The notes: generated by a model not told the origin, from the sequence alone. A stretch of DNA of 20,000 nucleotides from an uncultured virus (IMG/VR IMGVR_UViG_3300032220_001634) (IMGVR_UViG_3300032220_001634); one strand, 5' to 3'; shown: positions 8,628 through 16,879, counted from the first letter of the stretch. Numbers and translations are program-made.

Positions 8628-9227
8628 TTATTTAATTTTTATTGCCGGGGTACCCACATATACACCAGATATATTTATATCAGCGACTACCCCACAGTTC
8701 AATCCTATTGTAGTATCGCTAGTTATGTTAATCTTCTGTTTTGTCGAAGACGACGTTCCCATATAAACTCTATCTCCAATTGCATTGTTTCCTGATATGC
8801 TCACTTTTGGCGCCGATGTGAAAAAATCTCCTATTACACAATCATGTCCTATCGTGGTCATCAGATTTATATGTGAGTGCTTACCGATTTTTACGTTCGT
8901 TGTTATAATAGATCCTGCACATATTATGCTACCCTCTCCAATTTCAACATCGTTCCCGAGGATCTGTGCAGATGGATGTATGTGTGTGAAGTATTTAGTA
9001 CTTTTCGGTAGACTTTTAACGATTCTTTCCCTATGAAAAGAATCTGCTATGGCCACTATAACATCATATTTAGAAGACTCGAATAAGGACAAAGGAAGTA
9101 TCTTATCGCTGCTTCCGTCCCAATAAACATCTTCTATAAAAAAAATAGTGTTAATCCTCTCTATTGGATTTAAACTCCAATAAACTTCTCTAGCAAATCC
9201 GCCAGCTCCTATTATACCTTTTTTCAT
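8628..9227 (-). CDS. Sugar acetyltransferase, NeuD/PglD hexapeptide-repeat family
   Basis: IIGAGGFAREV N-terminus, IHPSA, left-handed beta-helix repeats (IGEGSII, IGKHSHI, TIGHDCVIGD), YVGTPA. Confidence 0.92.
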   Translation of the reverse strand: MKKGIIGAGGFAREVYWSLNPIERINTIFFIEDVYWDGSSDKILPLSLFESSKYDVIVAIADSFHRERIVKSLPKSTKYFTHIHPSAQILGNDVEIGEGSIICAGSIITTNVKIGKHSHINLMTTIGHDCVIGDFFTSAPKVSISGNNAIGDRVYMGTSSSTKQKINITSDTTIGLNCGVVADINISGVYVGTPAIKIK

Positions 9228-9853
9228 TGCTTGTATATTTCATATTTAGATAAATCAGGATATGGGAGTTCTAAATCCTCTTGATGCTTCTTAGTCCCGT
9301 CCATATTGTAAAACTGATTCATTAAAAGCATTCCTCTAGCAGCTAGCTCTGGCATCATATAGAAGTTCCATCCTAGCATATCGAAATGATCATCATGATA
9401 AGAACATTCCCTTCTTCCGCTATATCTTGCTCTTTTAAACCAAAGATATGCTTCATGTGAATCTGTTAATATCGCTCCACCCTTGCTTAATTTAAAATGC
9501 TTATAAGGCCCGGTAAAGGAAATACACATGTGAGTTCCTGAAATATACATGTCTGCAGTAAATCTCAATGCAGAGTCCCAGACATTAGTTGGATAAAGCT
9601 GATATGCACCTTTGATGGTATTACCCTCAACGGGTTCGAATTCTACGTGAGCTCCTGCGTGTATGATCTCGCACGGTACGGACGGATATGTTCTTGATGG
9701 TATCTTTATTGTCTTGCCCTTTACCTTTTCGTACATAAGGGCTAAAAACAGAGCATTGCTTTGATTATCCACAGTTACCACATATTGTGCTCCTGTGTAA
9801 TCAGATAGAGCTTTTTCAAAGTCCTCCGTTATTTTATATACACCTGTTGCCAT
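9224..9853 (-). CDS. DegT/DnrJ/EryC1/StrS-family PLP sugar aminotransferase (compact, 209 aa)
   Basis: FEKALSDYTGAQYVVTVDNQSNALFLAL, IPSRTY, WDSA, CISFTGPYKHFKLSKGGAILTD, GWNFYM. Confidence 0.85.
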   Translation of the reverse strand: MATGVYKITEDFEKALSDYTGAQYVVTVDNQSNALFLALMYEKVKGKTIKIPSRTYPSVPCEIIHAGAHVEFEPVEGNTIKGAYQLYPTNVWDSALRFTADMYISGTHMCISFTGPYKHFKLSKGGAILTDSHEAYLWFKRARYSGRRECSYHDDHFDMLGWNFYMMPELAARGMLLMNQFYNMDGTKKHQEDLELPYPDLSKYEIYKQ

Positions 9854-9865
9854 GAATAATTACTA

Positions 9866-9890
9866 TTAGATAATTATTTTATCAGGTTTC
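9866..9890 (-). promoter_or_regulatory. Putative ECF-sigma-like promoter GAAAC-N15-TCTAA
   Basis: Upstream of the glycan operon; similar motifs at 14888-14913 and 16847-16874. Confidence 0.4.
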
Positions 9891-9909
9891 TTTACAATTA
9901 TTTCGGGGG

Positions 9910-10494
9910 TTATTCAGAGATCTCAAAGAATTTGTCCTGCATAACGCTAATTCTGTTTTTAAGAGAATTATCATCTATGGAGTCTAAAATTAGATCACAT
10001 ATTAAAGCTACTCTTGTAACTATCTTGTGAAACTCTGTGTAATATGGGGTATAAGAATCTTTATTTTTGAGATCTATTAGATCGACCAATAACTCCTCAA
10101 AGTATGATATAACATTATCAGGATTACCTGAAAAATATTCCTCCTTGTTATCATCATAAGATATTGCGGTTTCCTCTAATCTCATAACATCAGCTAAAGC
10201 GTTTTCTAATTCCTTCTGGGTGTCTGGTAACTCCCTAGACATTTTCATAGCTTCCTCTTTAGTGTATTTAGTTAAAGCTTCTATCGGAACATATGCTATG
10301 GTTCTAGGCCCATCTAGAAGCTGGACCTTACATGTGCCTCTTTGATCTACAGATAAAAGCTGGCCAGGTCCTCTGTAAGAATTAACCCAATCTCCTTCCT
10401 CTATCTCTGGATTTGTATCGTCGTGAAATTGAGAGTCAGGGTCATCCATGAATTTATCAAGATCGAAATCTTCGTATAGTTTTACGTGCTTCAC
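9910..10494 (-). CDS. Hypothetical protein with a capsid-targeting-like leader; possible SH3/KOW-like segment
   Basis: GTG start abutting the upstream stop; MKHVKLYEDF; IEEGDWV..GPGQLLSVDQ..CKVQL. Confidence 0.75.
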   Translation of the reverse strand: MKHVKLYEDFDLDKFMDDPDSQFHDDTNPEIEEGDWVNSYRGPGQLLSVDQRGTCKVQLLDGPRTIAYVPIEALTKYTKEEAMKMSRELPDTQKELENALADVMRLEETAISYDDNKEEYFSGNPDNVISYFEELLVDLIDLKNKDSYTPYYTEFHKIVTRVALICDLILDSIDDNSLKNRISVMQDKFFEISE

Positions 10495-10713
10495 TTATTT
10501 CTTAAATTCTTTTTTAGCTTCTGCGAAATCCTCTTCAGATAGTTTCCATCCTTTTTTAATCTTAGAAATGAAAATCTGAGCTCCCTTTAGAGTTGGAGAG
10601 TCTGTTCCGTCGAAGTATTTTTTAAGATCCTTGTATATAGCAGGACTGATGCCCTCCTTCTCTTGGATCTTTGCCTCGGAGATGAAATTTTTGAAGTTTT
10701 TAATATTTTCCAT
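10495..10713 (-). CDS. Small hypothetical protein with a capsid-targeting-like leader
   Basis: MENIKNFKNFISE|A. Confidence 0.8.
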   Translation of the reverse strand: MENIKNFKNFISEAKIQEKEGISPAIYKDLKKYFDGTDSPTLKGAQIFISKIKKGWKLSEEDFAEAKKEFKK

Positions 10714-10727
10714 ATATTTTTGTTTTT

Positions 10728-11129
10728 TTAAGGAACTGCATATCCTTTGAATTCAGGGTTAGCAATTAGTTCATCTTCAGGAGGAAATATGCTTGGCACT
10801 GGGGTTCCTGCCATATCAACGCCGACAAGTGCTGATTGATAATCACCGAAATCTGGTTTGTTACCCTTGTCTACCATAACATCAATAGCTTTTTTTAATC
10901 CCTCAAGTTTGCTATTTTTATATGCTAAAAGTTTTGGCATATACGGAGGGTTTTCTCCTGCTGGTCTTGGATGTCCTAATAAGCTTTCCCCTGTTTTTTG
11001 ACTTATATAAACTGGTATAATGTAGCCTTTATATGAGATTGGACTTCCGATTTCATATTTGTTGGATTTAAAGAAATCTAAAATCCCCTCGTTTAAGAAG
11101 CTTTTAAAATTTTTGAGATTTTTCATCAT
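10728..11129 (-). CDS. Hypothetical protein with a capsid-targeting-like leader
   Basis: (M)MKNLKNFKSFLNE|G; GATATATA box upstream. Confidence 0.8.
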   Translation of the reverse strand: MMKNLKNFKSFLNEGILDFFKSNKYEIGSPISYKGYIIPVYISQKTGESLLGHPRPAGENPPYMPKLLAYKNSKLEGLKKAIDVMVDKGNKPDFGDYQSALVGVDMAGTPVPSIFPPEDELIANPEFKGYAVP

Positions 11130-11144
11130 GTGCTTATTTTTTTA

Positions 11145-11423
11145 TTATATATCCGAAGTGCGCTTCTGTACAGATAGCTTTAGACTTCCAGTGCCTTTAA
11201 TTAGTCTATGCCACACACCCTTTTTTATTTCTATCTCCCCCTCTATTTTGACGGGTAGTAAATTATCAAATTGGAATTGCCAATCTGTTTCGTGTAGAGC
11301 TTTAATTATTCTATCCTCCTCGTCCCAGTGCCACTTTAGATCCTCATCTTTCAGATCCTCGCTGAAGGTTCTTTCGTAAATAGAATCCTCTATAATGGTC
11401 TCTTTAAATGGAAATTTTACCAT
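11145..11423 (-). CDS. Small cupin-fold protein
   Basis: LKWHWDEEDR and IEIKKGVWHRLIKG match cupin motifs 1 and 2. Confidence 0.7.
   Translation of the reverse strand: MVKFPFKETIIEDSIYERTFSEDLKDEDLKWHWDEEDRIIKALHETDWQFQFDNLLPVKIEGEIEIKKGVWHRLIKGTGSLKLSVQKRTSDI
11146..11153 (-). promoter_or_regulatory. GATATATA box
   Basis: 16 nt upstream of ATG 11129; overlaps the stop codon of the cupin gene. Confidence 0.7.
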
Positions 11424-12028
11424 GGTCTACTAGATGAAAGTCCAAGCAATTTAGCATATCTGCCAACATTACAAGCCCAATATTTAGGCTTCCATTTAGG
11501 TCCAGGTTCATCGCATCTCATTCTTTTTCTAAATGATCTAGCCTTCTCAGGATCTGCATTATTAACCTTCATACCAGGTTGACCAAAGCTTACTTTAACA
11601 ACATTTCCCTTTTCGTTTTTAGTGTAGACTGAAAACTTTCTAGGTCCTCCTGGTGTTCTGAAAGGTTTGTTCAATTTAACTTCTCTTCCCCTAAGTTTTG
11701 CCTCCTCTATTTCCTCTGCGTCTTCTATCTCTGCATTTTCGTCCTCGAATGGGATTTCTAACAAAACCTCATTCCCCTCGTACATTGCTTTAATCCCCGC
11801 ATCGGTTGAGATGAGGAACAAATCGTCTTCATTAAGCTCTATTAGATTTTTCTCCCAGAGACTTCTAGCTTCTTTAACGAGATCCAGCCACGATTCAGAG
11901 CCTATTCTATAAACACTGTTTGTTAATGATATTTTATTAGAGTAGTGATACTGAAGTCCCTCGCTTAGTTGGGCTGAAGGATTTATATAAAATCCAGAGT
12001 GATCTTGGTATTCTAAAATGTACTTCAT
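11417..12028 (-). CDS. Conserved phage protein (DUF6321-like C-terminal domain)
   Basis: KLNKPFRTPGGPRKFSVY..GNVVKVSFG..SFRKRMRC..YWAC; leader MKYILEYQD; acidic linker ending IEE|A. Confidence 0.7.
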   Translation of the reverse strand: MKYILEYQDHSGFYINPSAQLSEGLQYHYSNKISLTNSVYRIGSESWLDLVKEARSLWEKNLIELNEDDLFLISTDAGIKAMYEGNEVLLEIPFEDENAEIEDAEEIEEAKLRGREVKLNKPFRTPGGPRKFSVYTKNEKGNVVKVSFGQPGMKVNNADPEKARSFRKRMRCDEPGPKWKPKYWACNVGRYAKLLGLSSSRPW

Positions 12029-12043
12029 TTGGTGTGTTTTTAT

Positions 12044-12051
12044 TATATATC
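12044..12051 (-). promoter_or_regulatory. GATATATA box
   Basis: 15 nt upstream of ATG 12028, directly after a terminator. Confidence 0.75.
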
Positions 12052-12053
12052 CA

Positions 12054-12085
12054 TAAAAAAAGGATCTAATCTGATTAGACCCTTT
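12054..12085 (-). terminator. Intrinsic terminator
   Basis: Minus strand AAAGGGTCTAAT-CAG-ATTAGATCCTTTTTTT, downstream of the 12116 gene. Confidence 0.75.
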
Positions 12086-12115
12086 ATATTTATCTATTAA
12101 TTAAAATTATTAAAT

Positions 12116-13426
12116 TTACCATTTAGCGCACCCTACTCTTTTAAGTGCCGACTTTTTAGCTGGATCTCTTTTAAGAAAGCTAAAGCTAATACTAGGGATA
12201 TTGATAGGTGGCAATTCAAATTTAAACTTGCCAAATGATGCAACAACTTTAAATTCATCCTCCTGAACAGGAGCAACTGTAGGCTGAGTTATAACAGGGG
12301 GTTCTTTCTCTTTACTTGGTTGAGTAACAGATTCAGAAGAGTTTACCATAAGATCTAAGTTGATTATAACTCTTTGGAATTTTTTAATTTCCTCCGTGTT
12401 AGTGCCATCCCATTCTGGACCGCTAGTTCCAGTTAGGTCTGTATTTTTAGCTAGACTTCCGTATCCCTTAACTACCTTCTTACCCTCATTTTCACCTTTG
12501 TATTTTATTGTTGCTTTAGTGTCATCGTCAACTAAAACCCCAGCCTTCTTAAGCTCGTCTGAGATGTACTTAACAGCCGCTTCAGCTCTTTTTTGAGCTA
12601 GCTGAACAAATGTATAGGTCTTACCGTCCGGTGATTTTTTATTAGGGATTGTTGAGCATGATGCGTCAACAGAAATTGATTCCAAGAAAGCCTTCGGATC
12701 ACTAGATTTAACAGGAGTAGCAGATTTCATTAAATCTACTGTTGGCTTTATGATCTCATCAGCAACAAATTTCTTGAATTCGTCTGAAAACTCCCAGCTG
12801 TTAAATTTAAAAAATGCTGACGTGTCTATTGATTCGGGAAACTCCACGGGAACAAGTATTGAATTTAGTTCAGCACTTGGTTGAGATGTTTTTTCCTCTT
12901 TTTTTACATCTGGCTTAGAATATGTTTTCTTATCAGTTGCATAAACCTTTCCTTTATCTTTTCCGAATAGACCTCCACCGCCCTTTCCTAATGGGGAAAA
13001 TCTTGTCCATTTATCTTCTTTATCTACTGCGGATTTTGGAATCGGCGCGTGAGTCATATACATGACCATAAGATTGTATTTCTCTGGAAAAGTCTCTTTA
13101 AATATTTTTAATGAATCCTTAGTGGCCTGATCAGCTGCATATTCGTAAATATCGCTTTCACAATCTTTAAATCCTTTGGTTTTAGCCCAATCGGATAAAC
13201 TCATTCCCTTGTCATATCCATCTGTCTTATTGAAGTATCCGTCTTTAGAGTAGTTGTTGAAACTTTTAATTGAAGAAAATCCCGGAGTGGATGATCCATA
13301 TTCTCTCGTCTTGTTTGCTACGAATGTATATGTGTATTCCTCTCTTGCCTCATTTATTGCATTTCTGAAATCAGTTAAATCAGAAAAATCTTCAAAGTTT
13401 TCAAAAACTCTTTCTTGTTTATTCAT
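12116..13426 (-). CDS. Protein with a divergent OmpA-like C-terminal domain and a capsid-targeting-like leader
   Basis: FFKFNSWEFS, ISVDASCS, QLAQKRAEAAVKYI (LSxxRAxxVxxYL-like), FQRVIINL; N-terminus MNKQERVFENFEDF..AINE|A; no signal peptide. Confidence 0.65.
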   Translation of the reverse strand: MNKQERVFENFEDFSDLTDFRNAINEAREEYTYTFVANKTREYGSSTPGFSSIKSFNNYSKDGYFNKTDGYDKGMSLSDWAKTKGFKDCESDIYEYAADQATKDSLKIFKETFPEKYNLMVMYMTHAPIPKSAVDKEDKWTRFSPLGKGGGGLFGKDKGKVYATDKKTYSKPDVKKEEKTSQPSAELNSILVPVEFPESIDTSAFFKFNSWEFSDEFKKFVADEIIKPTVDLMKSATPVKSSDPKAFLESISVDASCSTIPNKKSPDGKTYTFVQLAQKRAEAAVKYISDELKKAGVLVDDDTKATIKYKGENEGKKVVKGYGSLAKNTDLTGTSGPEWDGTNTEEIKKFQRVIINLDLMVNSSESVTQPSKEKEPPVITQPTVAPVQEDEFKVVASFGKFKFELPPINIPSISFSFLKRDPAKKSALKRVGCAKW

Positions 13427-13444
13427 TTCTTATATTTTTTTTTA

Positions 13445-13452
13445 TATGTATC
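13445..13452 (-). promoter_or_regulatory. GATACATA (variant of the GATATATA box)
   Basis: 18 nt upstream of ATG 13426. Confidence 0.5.
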
Positions 13453-13454
13453 AT

Positions 13455-14114
13455 TTATAGATCGACTAACCCTCCGGTTTCAGCAGAGCTGTCTTCTTCA
13501 CTTCCGGCTAATAGCTTTTTAGCTTTTGCTGCATCTATTAAAGATCCGCTTGTCATCATTTTAAGCTGTGCAAGATCGCTAGATTTATAAAATCTTAACA
13601 TTATAGGAATGCCCATTTCGAGAAGATAAGTTCCAGTATTTTTAATGGCCGCAGGGGGGACTCCGGTCTTTTTAAGTATGTCAACAAACTTCATAGAAAG
13701 ATCATCAATAGTTCTTGCATCGTATTCATATCTAACTTTCTCCGGATCTTTATTTGCGGTGACCTGGTTAACCCAATTATTAACTGCCTTTTCGTCAATT
13801 AATCCCTTTTTAGGATCAAATAAAAACTCAGCCATTTTCTGTAGAGTTACTGCTCTATTACAGGTTTTTCCTATGTCCTGTTTTTTAGCTCCGCCGAATT
13901 TAATACAAGCTTTTCTAAAGATATTCTTATAAGGCCCTATCCATGTTTCTTGCTTATCTGGATCAGCCTTCATCATCTTAACTATATCTGGGGCTAAACT
14001 TAGAGCAAACGGATTTAAAAGAGCTTTAGAAAAGATCTTCATGCTTTTGAAAAAGCTTAGGTCTAATGCTTCGTTTAGATCGCTATACTCCTTGAATGTT
14101 ACAACTTTAGACAT
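13455..14114 (-). CDS. Hypothetical protein with a capsid-targeting-like leader
   Basis: MSKVVTFKEYSDLNE|A. Confidence 0.8.
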   Translation of the reverse strand: MSKVVTFKEYSDLNEALDLSFFKSMKIFSKALLNPFALSLAPDIVKMMKADPDKQETWIGPYKNIFRKACIKFGGAKKQDIGKTCNRAVTLQKMAEFLFDPKKGLIDEKAVNNWVNQVTANKDPEKVRYEYDARTIDDLSMKFVDILKKTGVPPAAIKNTGTYLLEMGIPIMLRFYKSSDLAQLKMMTSGSLIDAAKAKKLLAGSEEDSSAETGGLVDL

Positions 14115-14118
14115 GTAT

Positions 14119-14126
14119 TATATATC
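14119..14126 (-). promoter_or_regulatory. GATATATA box
   Basis: 4 nt upstream of ATG 14114. Confidence 0.7.
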
Positions 14127-14142
14127 CAAAATACTTCCCGCT

Positions 14143-14874
14143 TTAATCTCTTTCCAGATAGTCTATCATAGAGGCTCCGTGAGTCTGTCCAACAATAGGA
14201 GTTTTTGTTGCAAAGATAGGACATCTATTGTGGTAGTTCCAAGAGAGCCAAATGTCTGGAGAGTGCCACCCTGATGATTCATATTTTCTTTTAATCTCAT
14301 CCTTCTCTCTCTTGAAAACCATGTACATAGAACCAAGAAGAAAATGAGGTATCTTTAGCCATTTTCCGTGGTCCTCAACCTCTGACCAATAATCACCACC
14401 GCTATTAAAAACAACTTTATCGAAGGTGATAAGACCAGCTTCATGCTCAAGCCCAAAGTGATATGTTTCCATTACTCTTTTATGAAAATCAGCAGAATCG
14501 AGAGGAGAGACAACATCACCCTCTAAAATTATCAGAGCATCAAGATCATCGGAGAACTCCTGGGTTGCACCCCTTCTATGTGCAAGGTATGCACCATAAT
14601 GACCATAAGACAAAACAGGGGGTTCGTTCTTTAATTCTTTAGATGGATTTATAATCTCTGGCTGTGCGCAGCTTTCATTAGGTAACTCCTCCCTGTTAAC
14701 ATCAGAATAGGTCTGAGTGTATGCGTAGAAGTGATGGACCTTATCCGAAAAAGAGTCTATAGATCTTTTTTGTCTTTGAACGGTGGAAGCCCACATCTCC
14801 AGGGGAATATCCTTATTGTTATCAGGATTAAGTAGAAGATGTACTATTTTTATTTTAGGATCTTGTTTAGCCAT
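14143..14874 (-). CDS. GT25-like glycosyltransferase
   Basis: LSYGHYGAYLAH (GCxxSH-like), ALIILEGDV (LILEDD-like), PDIWL, PIVGQ. Confidence 0.6.
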   Translation of the reverse strand: MAKQDPKIKIVHLLLNPDNNKDIPLEMWASTVQRQKRSIDSFSDKVHHFYAYTQTYSDVNREELPNESCAQPEIINPSKELKNEPPVLSYGHYGAYLAHRRGATQEFSDDLDALIILEGDVVSPLDSADFHKRVMETYHFGLEHEAGLITFDKVVFNSGGDYWSEVEDHGKWLKIPHFLLGSMYMVFKREKDEIKRKYESSGWHSPDIWLSWNYHNRCPIFATKTPIVGQTHGASMIDYLERD

Positions 14875-14919
14875 AATGATCTATATTTTAGTAGTCTCTG
14901 GTAAAAAAGTTCTCGCATT

Positions 14920-14942
14920 AAAAAAGCCTCTGATGAGGCTTT
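14920..14942 (-). terminator. Intrinsic terminator
   Basis: Minus strand AAAGCCTC-ATCA-GAGGCTTTTTT, just after the stop at 14947. Confidence 0.8.
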
Positions 14943-14946
14943 ATAT

Positions 14947-15453
14947 TTAGTTTAACATTGCTTTTCTTTGTTCATCGTCAATATCTTTTATAACTCTCTC
15001 AAAATCATCTATGACCTTGCCCATTTTTTTAGAGTCATACATGCAGGTCCAGATGGTCCACCAGATAGAGCTTAAAGGTTCCCAACTTTTATCTGACTTA
15101 GCTTTATCTACGAACATTCTCATTGTTATCTGGAAAGGCATTAATAGCGGTAAGAAATCTTCTGCTTCCCTCTCCAGAGTTTCTAACATAAACTCCTCTC
15201 CCTCTGCCCAGATTTTATAGTTGTACCATTCGGTGAGATTTTGATAGTCTCCGCATATGGATTGATAGATTCTAAAGTAGATATAGTCATTATCATAGAT
15301 GTTAGTAGCTAACGTGTGAAAAATGCCTGCAACCTTTTTAACTCTAGTTGACTCGTTACTTCCCATAAGCATGAAGACAGAAAAATCATTCATATTAGAT
15401 ATGAGCTCGATAGATTTAGGATCGCTTGGTATCCTTGGAAACTCTATAGCCAT
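14947..15453 (-). CDS. Hypothetical protein
   Basis: 168-aa ORF, coupled to the upstream small ORF by a TAATG overlap and followed by a terminator. Confidence 0.75.
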   Translation of the reverse strand: MAIEFPRIPSDPKSIELISNMNDFSVFMLMGSNESTRVKKVAGIFHTLATNIYDNDYIYFRIYQSICGDYQNLTEWYNYKIWAEGEEFMLETLEREAEDFLPLLMPFQITMRMFVDKAKSDKSWEPLSSIWWTIWTCMYDSKKMGKVIDDFERVIKDIDDEQRKAMLN

Positions 15454-15578
15454 TATTCAAAATAATATTTTTGATTCATCATAGGTGCTCTACCCATTTT
15501 AATAGATATGGATTTATCGTCTTTCACCGGAGCAACCAGTTCCTTAACAAACGATTCAAAAATTTTTAGATATCTCAT
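15453..15578 (-). CDS. 41-aa microprotein with a capsid-targeting-like leader (absent from the ORF track)
   Basis: MRYLKIFESFVKELVAPVKDDKSISIKMGRAPMMNQKYYFE*; starts 2 nt after the ferritin stop; TAATG overlap with the next gene. Confidence 0.7.
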   Translation of the reverse strand: MRYLKIFESFVKELVAPVKDDKSISIKMGRAPMMNQKYYFE

Positions 15579-15580
15579 AA

Positions 15581-16156
15581 TTAGAAATAAGTTTGTTCGA
15601 AATATAGGATTTGGAATTTGTCATTGAAATCAACAAGCTTAACCGCATTTAATAGATCACTGTATTCAACAACAGCTTCTTTTTGGATTGTTCTATAGCC
15701 CTGAAGAAAATCGAAAGTTGTTAGATCTTTAGAGAAAACTTCTGATGAGTTTTCGTTGTAATCTCTCATAAGATTTAGTTCTAAAGAGTATGCTTGATTG
15801 ATGATATCAACAAGAGATGTTATTTTAGCATCAGATGGAGCTTGAGGTATCTCGGGCATAACATTGAAGTCAACGATGTATTCCTGAATTCCTTTTGCGT
15901 GGTCCAATTCTGAAGAGGCTTCACTCTCGAAATATGCAGCAGCCTTTTTATAGTTCATGTTTCTACACCAGTTAGCTGCATTTCTATAGAAGAAGTGAGC
16001 AGTGTACTCGTCGCATAATCTTTGGGTAAGCATGCTGACGATCTCAGGTGCTAGTGCTTGTGGGTTGATCGGAGAGGTTCCATTCATTTCGGTCTCAGAC
16101 AGATCCCGAATTGATTTTTGTCCTGCAAATTCTCGATATAGAGGAAATTTTTCCAT
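15581..16156 (-). CDS. ftn: Ferritin (non-heme type) with an N-terminal extension
   Basis: LTQRLCDEYTAHFFY, AAAYFESEASSELDHA, AYSLE, DLTTFDFLQGYRTIQKE. Confidence 0.88.
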   Translation of the reverse strand: MEKFPLYREFAGQKSIRDLSETEMNGTSPINPQALAPEIVSMLTQRLCDEYTAHFFYRNAANWCRNMNYKKAAAYFESEASSELDHAKGIQEYIVDFNVMPEIPQAPSDAKITSLVDIINQAYSLELNLMRDYNENSSEVFSKDLTTFDFLQGYRTIQKEAVVEYSDLLNAVKLVDFNDKFQILYFEQTYF

Positions 16157-16175
16157 TTGTGGGATATTCTTTTTG

Positions 16176-16183
16176 TATATATC
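16176..16183 (-). promoter_or_regulatory. GATATATA box
   Basis: 19 nt upstream of the ferritin ATG. Confidence 0.75.
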
Positions 16184-16202
16184 CCATTTACCTCCGATAA
16201 AT

Positions 16203-16823
16203 CTAGATTCCTTGGATTCTCCTATTAATTGGGGTAAACTCCTGGCTAGACGACAAAATGTAGATAAGACCTCTCTTAGCTCCGGCTCCTTTTAGGTTGT
16301 AATAGTAATCAAATCCCTTAGGGTAGATCTTCATTAAAGCCAGATTGATGTAGTTGAGATCGAACTCTCGATTACCATAAGAGTCAAATCCAAAAGAGGG
16401 ATCATCAGTCTTAAAATCATGAATAGCTATAATCGGTGGAATCTTACAACCTGAGATGACGTCGAGTTCATCTAGTAGTGGGCAGTTTTCACCCCAGTGT
16501 GCATCTAGGAAGAAAAGACTCTGTCCACTTAAACTCCCTATAATGGATTTCAGTCCGCTAACGCTGTCTGTGTTGTGAGCCTCCACGTGCTCTGAGTCTT
16601 CCACCTTAGCCTTTCCTATATTATAAAATTCAGGATTGATCTCAAAGGTGTAAACCTTACTGAAGTTCCTGCTAAACCATTTAGTTGTGGTGAAAAGACA
16701 GCTGCCAGTTTCGATAACATTTCTAACAGAGAATCTATCTCTAAGATTTAAAAACTCGACTTGGACATAGGGATCACCGTTAAACGGTTCGTCCTGAAAT
16801 GGCATCAATATAGGTTCGCTCAT
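16203..16823 (-). CDS. Class I SAM-dependent methyltransferase-like protein
   Basis: VIETGS, VYTFEIN, TDS, LFFLDAHW..PLLDEL, IAIHDF; ATG 16823 preferred to GTG 16832. Confidence 0.72.
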   Translation of the reverse strand: MSEPILMPFQDEPFNGDPYVQVEFLNLRDRFSVRNVIETGSCLFTTTKWFSRNFSKVYTFEINPEFYNIGKAKVEDSEHVEAHNTDSVSGLKSIIGSLSGQSLFFLDAHWGENCPLLDELDVISGCKIPPIIAIHDFKTDDPSFGFDSYGNREFDLNYINLALMKIYPKGFDYYYNLKGAGAKRGLIYILSSSQEFTPINRRIQGI

Positions 16824-16879
16824 AGACAACACTTTATGTTATTCTATTAAACGTAAATATCAAGAAATTGTTCCGGTGA

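Noticed and set aside
4754..9853. Bacterial O-antigen or capsule locus
   Set aside because: No wzx, wzy, wzz or ABC exporter, and the flanks are phage-like genes with late-type boxes.
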